Assembly: GCA_029250305.1 (NCBI GenBank)
Contig: JAQXFM010000293.1
Coordinates: 1 to 42,101, forward strand
DNA: 42,101 nucleotides
Direction of reading: 5' to 3'
DNA from: Candidatus Poseidoniaceae archaeon
GTDB taxonomy: Archaea; Thermoplasmatota; Poseidoniia; Poseidoniales; Poseidoniaceae
In this document: in pieces, positions 1-8,606 of the stretch
Position numbering within the stretch: position 1 is the first letter of the stretch
Layout of the letters: every line of letters starts with the position of its first letter
Notes under the pieces: generated by a model
Database searches by the model: none
What the model saw: only the letters and a program-made list of their open reading frames with translations
Told to the model about the DNA's origin: nothing
Translations under genes and position numbers: made by a program

Positions 1-1115
1 CCTTTGAGCACGCCACCTTGATTGAGAGCGAGCACTGCTGCAAGTGGAGGAAGCAAATCATTGGCATCTCTGAGCTCCAAGTCAACTGGTCCCTTCGCGT
101 CGATGTTTCTGAGAATGGAACTGTCCCACTCGATGCCAAGCGCACTAGCCTTCTCATGTAGCACTTCGTGGCCGATGGCATCTTCTGCATTTGGCCAGCC
201 AACTAACTCCACTGGACGACCAAGGACAGTACAGGCCAAGAGAGAAAAGGCCGCCATTGAAGCATCCCCGGGGATCGAATACCGCTCGATTTGGTTCAGA
301 GATGATGGTTTGAGGGAAAGCCCTCCTGATTCAGTCGAGGCTTGGCCACCGAACATGCCGAGCAGTCGGAGGCTGAGTTGTGCATGACGGGAAGAGACGG
401 CCTCGCCTTCAAGTCTAAGATTGACTTCGCAGGGAAGTCCAGGCGCTGCCAGAATCCACGAAGACATCGGTTGACTTGAGCGGCTAATATCGAGTGAAAT
501 TCCATTGCCAAGGCGTTCCGCATCCATCGGCCCGTCAATGAGGGCAGGAAGGCGCTCTTCACCCATTCCAACCGACACCTCGGCACCGCCTTGTTCGAGG
601 GTGCCCCAAAGTTCCGCAGATGAACGCTTTCGAAGCGATCCATCGCCATCGAGCATGACTGGACCTCCAATCATGGCAGCGTGAGTTCCTAGCAGACGAA
701 GGGTTGTGCCAGAGTTGCCAGCATTGAGAACGGTTGCTGGGCGCTTGAAACCGGACGGCCCTGCCCCGTGAACCACCCATTTCACCGCATCCGGATGGTG
801 TTCAAAATGAACAGGGTTCACTTGCGTGAGGCGCTGTCCATCGGTGTCGTAGTCTTCAATGGAAACACCGAGTTGTTGGAGACAGCGGCGCATGGCCCGT
901 GCGTCCTCGCCTGCATGTCGTACATTGAGAAGTTCCACTGGTTGAGAGGATTGGGCAGACAAGAGAAGGGCACGAATGAGATGGCTTTTCGATGGAGGAA
1001 GCGCCCAGTGAATCGGGTCGAGTGAGGCACTTGGAGTCACTCGTAAGGCATGAACATCGTTGCGGCGATGACCCTTACCGCTTGAGGTCCAGCGCTTTGA
1101 CCAACGCTTGCCCAT
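1..1115 (-). CDS. aroA: 3-phosphoshikimate 1-carboxyvinyltransferase (EPSP synthase), runs off the left edge of the window
   Basis: Not in the ORF track; translated by hand from ATG at 1115 (GGAGG just upstream): MGKRW...LPPSKSHLIRA...NAGNSGTTLRL...SLRKRS...SRSSQ...PGDASMAAF...DANDLLP. These are the EPSPS KS..R, NxGTxxR, SSQ and PGD motifs. Frame open to the window edge. Confidence 0.92.
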   Translation of the reverse strand, partial: MGKRWSKRWTSSGKGHRRNDVHALRVTPSASLDPIHWALPPSKSHLIRALLLSAQSSQPVELLNVRHAGEDARAMRRCLQQLGVSIEDYDTDGQRLTQVNPVHFEHHPDAVKWVVHGAGPSGFKRPATVLNAGNSGTTLRLLGTHAAMIGGPVMLDGDGSLRKRSSAELWGTLEQGGAEVSVGMGEERLPALIDGPMDAERLGNGISLDISRSSQPMSSWILAAPGLPCEVNLRLEGEAVSSRHAQLSLRLLGMFGGQASTESGGLSLKPSSLNQIERYSIPGDASMAAFSLLACTVLGRPVELVGWPNAEDAIGHEVLHEKASALGIEWDSSILRNIDAKGPVDLELRDANDLLPPLAAVLALNQGGVLK

Positions 1116-1188
1116 GCATTGCCCAGCCTCCCTTTGCCCATCAACCCTTGCAACACAGCATAAAGACCGAGAAGCAACAGCGCAGGCC

Positions 1189-2193
1189 ATGGCCCACCTT
1201 GATGCGCTGCACCGTCCTTTGCTGGACCTGCGCATCTCTGTGACCGACCGCTGCAATTTCCGGTGTCGATATTGCATGCCGAGGGAGCACTTTGGAGCAG
1301 ATCATGTGTTCCTAAACAAAACGGACATTTTGACCTACGAGGAGATCACCAGCATAGCCTCCTCAATGCGCCCACTTGGCCTCCGAAAAATACGAATCAC
1401 TGGTGGCGAACCACTCATCCGCAAGGACATTGCCCTTTTGATTGGGATGTTGAGAGCGCTCGATTCGCAACTGGATTTAGCCCTCACCACGAACGGTATT
1501 CTCCTTGCTAAACACGCTAAGACACTCAAAGAAGCGGGTCTCAACCGAGTGACGGTGAGTCTTGATGCATTGGATGAGGACATGTTCAAAGCCATGGGTG
1601 ACACAGACCACTCCCCGAAAGAAGTCATCATGGGAATCGATGCGGCACTGAGCGTGGGCCTTGGAGTCAAAGTGAACATGGTGGTCCAACGAAACGTCAA
1701 CGAAGACCAAGTCGGTGCAATTGCAAACATGGCTCATGAACGAAATCTGGTCCCACGCTACATCGAATTCATGGATGTAGGCACCACAAACCAATGGAAC
1801 ATGGAGTCTGTTGTTTCCGGTGAAGAAATACGCCAACTAGTGTCGAACTCAATCGGTCCGTTAGAGCCGGTTGACCCACATCACCCTTCTGATGTGGCGA
1901 AACGCTGGGAGACAGAAAACGGGCAACAGGTCGGAATGATTCAATCTGTCACCGCACCATTTTGCGGGGATTGTTCAAGGGCACGGATTTCTGCAAACGG
2001 CTCACTCTACACGTGCTTGTTCGCTACAAACGGCAATGATCTGCGATCAATGATTCGCCTTGGAGCTGAAAAAGTCGATCTTACTTCGGCCATCAAAGCA
2101 ATCTGGACAAAGCGCAAAGACCGATATTCCGAGCAACGCAACGAACATGACCAACCTGTCTCAAAGATTGAGATGTCGTTCATTGGTGGATGA
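1189..2193 (+). CDS. moaA: GTP 3',8-cyclase (molybdenum cofactor biosynthesis radical SAM enzyme)
   Basis: LRISVTDRCNFRCRYCMP (CxxxCxxC), ITGGEP, IEFMD, second cluster FCGDCSRAR..C, C-terminal MSFIGG. Start taken as ATG 1189. Confidence 0.96.
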   Translation: MAHLDALHRPLLDLRISVTDRCNFRCRYCMPREHFGADHVFLNKTDILTYEEITSIASSMRPLGLRKIRITGGEPLIRKDIALLIGMLRALDSQLDLALTTNGILLAKHAKTLKEAGLNRVTVSLDALDEDMFKAMGDTDHSPKEVIMGIDAALSVGLGVKVNMVVQRNVNEDQVGAIANMAHERNLVPRYIEFMDVGTTNQWNMESVVSGEEIRQLVSNSIGPLEPVDPHHPSDVAKRWETENGQQVGMIQSVTAPFCGDCSRARISANGSLYTCLFATNGNDLRSMIRLGAEKVDLTSAIKAIWTKRKDRYSEQRNEHDQPVSKIEMSFIGG

Positions 2194-2691
2194 TTAAACA
2201 TCCATCGGCGGCAACATTACATTGACCAACACGCTTTGGGAGTTAGTATCTACTAACTTGAAGCGCCAAGTACCTGAATCAGAACCAATCGTCGTTGAAT
2301 CTATGACAAAATAATCACCCTGGCTAACAGAGTATCCAGCATCACGATCGTGGAAAGAGACATTTGCGCCAATCAGACCATAGACGTCGGCATCAGCAAC
2401 TTTGCCTCCAAGAGGATTGCCATCAGCCGAAGAATCGGGGGCGAGGTTCCACTGCAATTTTGCAGGGTCGATTGTTTGGTCAAGACTTGTGAGACGAACA
2501 ACATGGAAGCCGTTCGACAGACCGCGAACGCTTACCGTAGCCTGAGGTGCGCTTTTTTCGGTGGTTGTAAGAGCACCTTGCATCAAAACGAAAACCATGC
2601 TGGAAAGCATGACGGTGATTGCGAGCAACAAAACGGTCGCAATGACGGGGCTCACGGCCTCGTTATTTTCCGCCCGTCGCATGCTGCGCAT
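2194..2691 (-). CDS. archaeal type IV pilin (class III signal peptide, DUF1628/Pilin_N-like)
   Basis: Short charged leader followed by A|VSPVIATVLLLAITVMLSSMVFVLM, closely resembling the euryarchaeal pilin H-domain, then a beta-rich globular domain. Confidence 0.88.
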   Translation of the reverse strand: MRSMRRAENNEAVSPVIATVLLLAITVMLSSMVFVLMQGALTTTEKSAPQATVSVRGLSNGFHVVRLTSLDQTIDPAKLQWNLAPDSSADGNPLGGKVADADVYGLIGANVSFHDRDAGYSVSQGDYFVIDSTTIGSDSGTWRFKLVDTNSQSVLVNVMLPPMDV

Positions 2692-2715
2692 GGTGGACCT
2701 GTGTCAACGATGGGA

Positions 2716-2723
2716 CTTGAACC
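2716..2723 (-). promoter_or_regulatory. TATA-like element (GGTTCAAG), 25 nt upstream of the pilin ATG
   Basis: The same octamer occurs at the same spacing upstream of tldD (17279-17286), and similar elements lie 24-25 nt before several other starts. Confidence 0.5.
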
Positions 2724-2765
2724 AACCGATGGCATCATTGGGATTTGCGCAGTTTTCTGCAACAC

Positions 2766-3911
2766 TCAGAACAGCCAAACGGGTTTGTCGCATTCCATCG
2801 CCCGTTTGATGCCTCCAATTGGCCCAAGAATTCGAAGGATTCCTTCTGTGATGAGGTCGCCCTTGAAGAAAGCATAACCGAAATTCTTGGTCCTCAAGGA
2901 ATTCTTTAGGGCTCGTCCGAGCGATGCCCGAAGCCTGTCTTCATAGGCAGTCAACGGCGCCCCCGTGCTCAAGTGGTCGAGGATGGCTTCCGCTGCGAAG
3001 CACCCCGATATGATGGCTTGAGAAATACCGCCGCCATTGCTCGGCATAACCAAACCTGCTGCATCCCCAATAGCGAGGGTTGTACCATCGACCATCGTCT
3101 TGACTGGACCACCCATTGGGATCCAACCACCACCCCACGAGAGAACTTCGAAACCCAACTCGTCGCAGAAAGCTTGCAAATGTTCCTTGAGGTTGCCCTT
3201 CAGGTAGCCTGCTCGAACACCCAAGCCAACGTTGGCTGTATTCGGGCCCTTCGGAATAATCCACGCATAGCCTGATGGGGCGACTGAACCGAGGAACACA
3301 TCGAATGTTTCCGGGACATCCCCTTGAACTTGGGCGTACATTGTTGGGACTTGGTCCTTAGGTCTATAGCGCTCATCATCTCCGTGCCGGAGTCGCCCCA
3401 CATGGGCTAATGAGCCACTGGCATCAATGAGAAAATCAAACGTATAGCGTCCCTTTGTCGTCACAAGCACATCCCTGTTGGATTTGCTTTGGTGTTGGAT
3501 CCGTGTCATTGATTCATCCATCTGAACTTCTGCACCCGCATGAATGGCTTTGTCACACAGGTATCCATCAAAATGCAAACGGTGGCCTGCGAAAGCGTCG
3601 AGGTCGAAATGGAAGGCTTTTCCGGATGGAAGAAAAACCCTCATGTTATCCAGATTATGCAGTTTGAGGCGGTCGGGGAATTGAAAGTAGTCATACAACC
3701 ATGTGTGATCGTCGAGGTTCGAAAAGGTCCCGACGACTTCGCCCCAGTTAGGGATACATTCACCGCACTGTGCTGGATTTCCAACAATGGAACGCCGTTC
3801 AATCATCAGCACATCAATACCATCTTCGGCCAAACGTTGCGCACACGCAGCGCCCGCAGGCCCTGCTCCAACGATGATGACTTGTCGATGTTTGATTTCC
3901 TTTCGAGCCAT
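2766..3911 (-). CDS. geranylgeranyl reductase family FAD-dependent oxidoreductase (DGGGPL reductase-like)
   Basis: IIVGAGPAG dinucleotide fold, QCGEC, APSGYAWIIP (PxxYxWxxP), GDAAGLVMPSNGGGI. Directly downstream of a prenyl synthase. Confidence 0.9.
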   Translation of the reverse strand: MARKEIKHRQVIIVGAGPAGAACAQRLAEDGIDVLMIERRSIVGNPAQCGECIPNWGEVVGTFSNLDDHTWLYDYFQFPDRLKLHNLDNMRVFLPSGKAFHFDLDAFAGHRLHFDGYLCDKAIHAGAEVQMDESMTRIQHQSKSNRDVLVTTKGRYTFDFLIDASGSLAHVGRLRHGDDERYRPKDQVPTMYAQVQGDVPETFDVFLGSVAPSGYAWIIPKGPNTANVGLGVRAGYLKGNLKEHLQAFCDELGFEVLSWGGGWIPMGGPVKTMVDGTTLAIGDAAGLVMPSNGGGISQAIISGCFAAEAILDHLSTGAPLTAYEDRLRASLGRALKNSLRTKNFGYAFFKGDLITEGILRILGPIGGIKRAMECDKPVWLF

Positions 3912-3920
3912 AAGATGACC

Positions 3921-4904
3921 TCACGTATGTCGCGCCATTACATACCCCGTGATATGGAGCATCAGGCTCTTGGCTTGACTTTCGGGGAAAGCGTCCAATT
4001 CCAAAACGGCTCGCTCAAGGTGGGTTTTGACAAGGATTTCAGCGTAACTCAAACTGTCTGATCGGTCCAAAAGTTGCATAAGTTCATCGAAGTGTTCATC
4101 GCTGAATGATTCAATCAAAGTTGCCAGTCGCTGCCTTTCCTTTCCGTGAGAAAGGGTCAACGCATGAATCAGTGGAAGGGTCATTTTCCCTTCAAGGACA
4201 TCTGCACCACGTGGCTTGCCCATTCGTTCATCGCCCCTCAAATCTAACAGGTCGTCGACAAGTTGGAAGGCAATACCGAGTTCCATACCAAACCGACCAA
4301 GCCCTGCCGCTTGTTCATCGCTCAGTCCAGCAACAAGACCAGCTGCTTGGCAACCGGCTGCAAAGGGACCAGCCGTCTTACCTCGAACGATGGCGAGGTA
4401 ATCCTCTGGCGAGGTCGCCAAGTTGAGAACGTGATCGAGTTGGTGGAATTCAGCGACGGCAATGTCAGCACAACATTTCGCCATGAGGCGAACGATGTGT
4501 TCATCGTAGCGGCCACCAAGACCGAAACCTTGGACGAACAACCAGTCTCCTGCGATGACAGCTTTTGCGAGACCGGCTCTTGTGTGGATGGTCTCAACCC
4601 CTCGGCGCAACCCCGCCTCGTCATTGATATCATCATGGACGAGCGTGGCTGTGTGAATCATTTCGAAGGCCAAGGCCAATGGCATGACTTCCTCGGTATC
4701 TTGGCCACCTGCAATTTCATGAGCCAGCAAAATGAGCAGAGGTCGCAGGCGTTTCCCACCTGCCAAGAGCATCGACGCACACAGTTCAGCCACCTGACCG
4801 GCACCCTGTTCAATCTCGTCTTCAACAAGTGCTTCGAGGGCTGCGTCAACATGGAGACGCATCACTTCGAGTTGGTCACTTGCTTCCAAACCAATGTTCG
4901 CCAC
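3921..4904 (-). CDS. trans-polyprenyl diphosphate synthase (IspB/HepT/GGPPS family)
   Basis: GGKRLRP, first Asp-rich motif HTATLVHDDIND..LRRG, GKT, second motif FQLVDDLLD, GKMTLP. GTG start at 4904 chosen because GGTTAAG lies 25 nt upstream. Confidence 0.93.
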   Translation of the reverse strand: MANIGLEASDQLEVMRLHVDAALEALVEDEIEQGAGQVAELCASMLLAGGKRLRPLLILLAHEIAGGQDTEEVMPLALAFEMIHTATLVHDDINDEAGLRRGVETIHTRAGLAKAVIAGDWLFVQGFGLGGRYDEHIVRLMAKCCADIAVAEFHQLDHVLNLATSPEDYLAIVRGKTAGPFAAGCQAAGLVAGLSDEQAAGLGRFGMELGIAFQLVDDLLDLRGDERMGKPRGADVLEGKMTLPLIHALTLSHGKERQRLATLIESFSDEHFDELMQLLDRSDSLSYAEILVKTHLERAVLELDAFPESQAKSLMLHITGYVMARHT

Positions 4905-4983
4905 GATGCTGCCTACAACGGTGCCCTTCTTAACCGGTAGTCTCCGCCCTTGTAATGTGAGGAGCAATCCTCGCCGAGGTGAG

Positions 4984-6105
4984 ATGATGACAGAAAAGGT
5001 ACGCCTTGAGGTCCTCACCACACCGTCAAACAGGGACGGAGTGCGTCGACAGATTGAGAAAACAATCGAAACAAACCGCAATAAATTCGACTTCATTATG
5101 AAGCAAGTTCCTCACATGGAAAGTGCAATTGAGGCCCTCAAAGACGGCCATGGTGACTTCCTTGCGATGAGCGCCCATCAATGGAAGAATTTAGACCACG
5201 AAGGCTTGAAAATTATTGGCGTCCTTCCACGCAGGGAACCCACCTGGGTCATTGTCTCTGAAGACAAACCAGAATATCTTCAATCCAAAGCCGTCGTCGT
5301 GTGTGATCACATGCTGCTACGCCGTCAGATGAGGCGGTTGCGTGCAGATTTGAAACTCATGACCTCCCAAGCCTTTGCAGATTCGATCGGAAAGGGAGAA
5401 GCGTTTGCAACCATGGATGAAGAAGACCGTGTGCCATGGCTGGAAGAGCTTCGTCAAGACGGCGCATTGGATGGTTACATCGTGGACCGTGGCGAGCATG
5501 GAGCCCTTAGATACAAGGCACGAAGGCACACACTTGGCCTCCAACGTGACAACCCTGAACGAACCCATTTTGTCCCACCGCCATTGCACGGATTTACCCT
5601 TCTTGTTGCACGAAACGGATTCCCGAGCGCGACAGTACAACCGATGTGCGATAACGGCGCTTACATCGCCCACAGAATGGAAGTTGCCTTCCTCGCTTCG
5701 ATTCCGGAAGAGCTGCACTCAATCATAGGGATTTTCGTGGAGCAACGCAAGGTCGCAGCCATCCTTCGAGAAGCGAACAGGTCCAAGGACGAACACACCC
5801 TCGAGAGTGTGCTTGGCGTTGATAATCGAATCAAGGTTGCTGGGCCAAGGTTGGAGATGAGGATTGAAACCCTCAATCATCATGGAACGGTAACGGCAGG
5901 TGCTGAACGGGTCTGTCCTGTTGAAGAAAGTCACATGGGCATGGTATCTGTGCTTAGAGAATTTCAAATCCTCCTCGATCTCATGCAAACTGAACATGAA
6001 GAGATTCCAAGATTGCATATTGGCCTTCCGGAAGAATTCAGCGATGCAAGACCTGCACTGCTGGACCTCACCGAAGATCACTCTGATTCATCAGAAGAAG
6101 AGTGA
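4984..6105 (+). CDS. divergent hydroxymethylbilane synthase (HemC)-fold protein, probably non-catalytic
   Basis: Segments align by eye to HemC (ALKDGHGDFLAMS, EGLKIIGVLPRREPTWVIVS, LRRQMRRLRADL, FVPPPLHG, MEVAFL..IIG) but the catalytic motifs are missing. RBS GAGGTGA before ATG 4984. Confidence 0.62.
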   Translation: MMTEKVRLEVLTTPSNRDGVRRQIEKTIETNRNKFDFIMKQVPHMESAIEALKDGHGDFLAMSAHQWKNLDHEGLKIIGVLPRREPTWVIVSEDKPEYLQSKAVVVCDHMLLRRQMRRLRADLKLMTSQAFADSIGKGEAFATMDEEDRVPWLEELRQDGALDGYIVDRGEHGALRYKARRHTLGLQRDNPERTHFVPPPLHGFTLLVARNGFPSATVQPMCDNGAYIAHRMEVAFLASIPEELHSIIGIFVEQRKVAAILREANRSKDEHTLESVLGVDNRIKVAGPRLEMRIETLNHHGTVTAGAERVCPVEESHMGMVSVLREFQILLDLMQTEHEEIPRLHIGLPEEFSDARPALLDLTEDHSDSSEEE

Positions 6106-6656
6106 GCGTCACCGAGTAAGACGCTGTATCCTTGACTGGCAATGTACGTTTCAAGTTCAACCATTTCTGCGGGCTGATTGTCTTGACAAAGTTCCATAAT
6201 CGCATCATCGATTTCTCGACCATGGCGCTCCCATGTGCCGGCGGAGCGTTGCAAATCCGAAGCAAAGCGTTCCACCACTTCAACGGCTGAAAGGGTTGGA
6301 TTGAGGACGGTGCCGAGCGAAGCGACAACCTTACTGTTTGTTGCGCGTAACTTTCCAAGTTTATTGGAAAGAGAAATCAGGGTTGATCGCAGTTCTTCGA
6401 CATCATTAGACTTTGAAAATTTCCGTTGTGCACGGTCTAAATCTTTCCGCATGACACCCACACCTGCGATGATAGCCACTTTGGCCTTTGCTGATTCGAG
6501 GATGACATCTTCGGCCATGTCAAGCCTTGAGGAAAGTGCTTCCTCAAAACCGGACCGTTGCTTTCGGAGATCTGCTTGAATCATTTCCTTCAACGAAGCA
6601 ACCATCTCATGAGCGTCCCTCAGGCCTGCTTTCGTTGCCTTGACCGTCTTGCCCAT
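6078..6656 (-). CDS. hypothetical helical/coiled-coil protein
   Basis: 192-aa ORF rich in L/E/K/A heptads. TATA-like GGTTTCAAT 24 nt upstream of ATG 6656. Divergent from the SAP-domain gene. Confidence 0.7.
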   Translation of the reverse strand: MGKTVKATKAGLRDAHEMVASLKEMIQADLRKQRSGFEEALSSRLDMAEDVILESAKAKVAIIAGVGVMRKDLDRAQRKFSKSNDVEELRSTLISLSNKLGKLRATNSKVVASLGTVLNPTLSAVEVVERFASDLQRSAGTWERHGREIDDAIMELCQDNQPAEMVELETYIASQGYSVLLGDAHSSSDESE

Positions 6657-6824
6657 AGACACCCATTTGGTCGACGGGTATTGAAACCATTGCCTATCAT
6701 TAAATTCGTATTTGGTTTTACTCTTGAAGATGAATCATCCATCGAGGAAACGGCAATTTGGCCATCGCATCACGGCGAAGGCAGATATACCCCTTTGAGC
6801 CGAAACACAAAGGAAGGTGCTGTG

Positions 6825-8606
6825 ATGGTCGACAAGGGGGAACTCCTATCCGAACTCTATCAAGCCCGGTTTGACGGTTTGAAGGAAGTCGCAGTTGCCT
6901 ACAACCTTCCAAAAACTGGTTCAGTGGAAACCCTTCGAGCAAGACTCATCCAACACCTCATTCTTGATGAATGGGATCTTTCACCGGAAGGCATTCGAAA
7001 CCTCATGAACAACGAACTCGGGGAACTCCTTGGCGTCTTTGGAATTAAGAAATCAGGTTCACTCCGGGCACGAAGGCAACGGCTCTATCTTCACCTCAAC
7101 CACGATGCAAAGCGCCTGGTGCCCGAATCACTCGATTCAATGACCAGGGATGAGTTGCATGCGATGTGTAAAATCTTGGAATTGCCGCTTTCTGGGGCAA
7201 AGCAAGCACTCTTGGTCCGTGTGGCCGGTGTACTTGCCTCACAAGATGGCGGATGGGGCAAGGTCAAGAAAAGCCTGCGCCGGCCAAGAACGAACGCCAA
7301 AGCATTGCCTTCGCCGGCAACACCTGTCCCATCGCCAGTGGCGCCTGCACAGCCATCAAATGACGCCCATGAAGCGGTGATTGAAGCTGCTGAAACATTT
7401 GTTTCGGAACATCCAGAAGGTTGGACCTTCGAAGAGGAAACTGAACTTCGCACCGAATTGGCGCAAGAAGGCATTCAGGTTTCCAAGGCCCCAATTGCCT
7501 CAACCCTCGATGAAGCCCTCCGACGTGGCGTGAACGACGGTGCTGAAAGTGAACCCGCACCTTCGATGGTCCAAGTGGCTGAACCCGGTGCAGAAGAACA
7601 CACGCTCGAAGTGGAATCATCCTTGCTTGACCTCAAGGCACGCCTTCCTGAAATTGAGGCTGCCGGCAGAGATTTCTTGGCAGTGAGCAGTACAAGTGAG
7701 CCTGATGACCTCAACGCCTTCATTCAAAGTCTCAAATCACATGGTTTTGCAACAGAAATTCCTGCGGTTCAAGACACAATTCGGACCACCATAATGGACC
7801 TTGAGTACCGATCTCAAACCGAGAAGGAAGCCATGCATGCAATGCCAAATTCGTGGCGAGAACGAGAAGCACTACGTGTCTTTGAAAATTCAAGAGAGGG
7901 ACTTAGGGGTCAACTCGATGACACGCTTGCTTCACATAGCGGCGACCTTGTGAAAGCAAGGATGGCGTTCGAAGATGTCGGTCGGTCACTGGGCCTTGAC
8001 CTTTCAATCCCAAGCGTTTCAGGTCGATTGCATGCATTGTTTGACTTGCATGTTGACATTAACCAAGCCCAAGCACTCCAAGACCCGGCCATCGCACGAA
8101 GGAATCGCATCTTACGCATCCTTCAGCATGGCGCCGTCCACCTCACGACCACGGAACGAAGCACCCTTGACCGATTGGAGCGGAACATAGCTGCATTCGA
8201 AGAACTCGTCGAGACCATTCTCGAAAGCAGCGAGGGGACCTTTAGCGAAGCTCAACAAGCGCTTGTTATTCGATTCCTTGAATCACGAGGCTACGAAGTC
8301 AACACCGCCGACCTTCGACCACGAATCTTAGCATGCGCAGGAATCATTGGGGCTGAACTTGGCTTCATCTCACCCGCTGAGATACCTCGGATCGCACCTG
8401 GGATTATGATTTCAGACACACAAGTGGACGCTATTGTGACAGAACTGAAGGCGCTTGCTGAAGCGTTCAAGCCAGTTGACCACACGGAAGAGGTTGAACC
8501 TGAGATGGAAGTGGCAGCATCGGTTGCAGACGCAGCAGACCGTGTGAAATCTGCTCGAAGTAAAATCGACCACATCGATGACTTGCTCGCACGTTTGCGA
8601 GGATAA
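6825..8606 (+). CDS. protein with three N-terminal SAP-like DNA-binding motifs, a Pro-rich linker and an acidic helical C-terminal region
   Basis: GLKEVAVAYNLPKTGSVETLRARL, ELGELLGVFGIKKSGSLRARRQRL and MTRDELHAMCKILELPLSGAKQALLVRV each fit the SAP pattern. GAAGGTG RBS before ATG 6825. Confidence 0.72.
   Translation: MVDKGELLSELYQARFDGLKEVAVAYNLPKTGSVETLRARLIQHLILDEWDLSPEGIRNLMNNELGELLGVFGIKKSGSLRARRQRLYLHLNHDAKRLVPESLDSMTRDELHAMCKILELPLSGAKQALLVRVAGVLASQDGGWGKVKKSLRRPRTNAKALPSPATPVPSPVAPAQPSNDAHEAVIEAAETFVSEHPEGWTFEEETELRTELAQEGIQVSKAPIASTLDEALRRGVNDGAESEPAPSMVQVAEPGAEEHTLEVESSLLDLKARLPEIEAAGRDFLAVSSTSEPDDLNAFIQSLKSHGFATEIPAVQDTIRTTIMDLEYRSQTEKEAMHAMPNSWREREALRVFENSREGLRGQLDDTLASHSGDLVKARMAFEDVGRSLGLDLSIPSVSGRLHALFDLHVDINQAQALQDPAIARRNRILRILQHGAVHLTTTERSTLDRLERNIAAFEELVETILESSEGTFSEAQQALVIRFLESRGYEVNTADLRPRILACAGIIGAELGFISPAEIPRIAPGIMISDTQVDAIVTELKALAEAFKPVDHTEEVEPEMEVAASVADAADRVKSARSKIDHIDDLLARLRG

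Noticed and set aside
22..1030. Several short ORFs listed in the ORF track at the left edge
   Set aside because: The region is explained by a single minus-strand aroA frame that the track omitted because it has no stop within the window.
4905..5096. Apparent head-to-head overlap of the prenyl synthase and HemC-like ORFs (likewise the extended starts at 1108, 6558, 14391, 18073, 20494 and 24290)
   Set aside because: Artefact of longest-ORF start calling; downstream starts with RBS or TATA-like spacing remove the overlaps.
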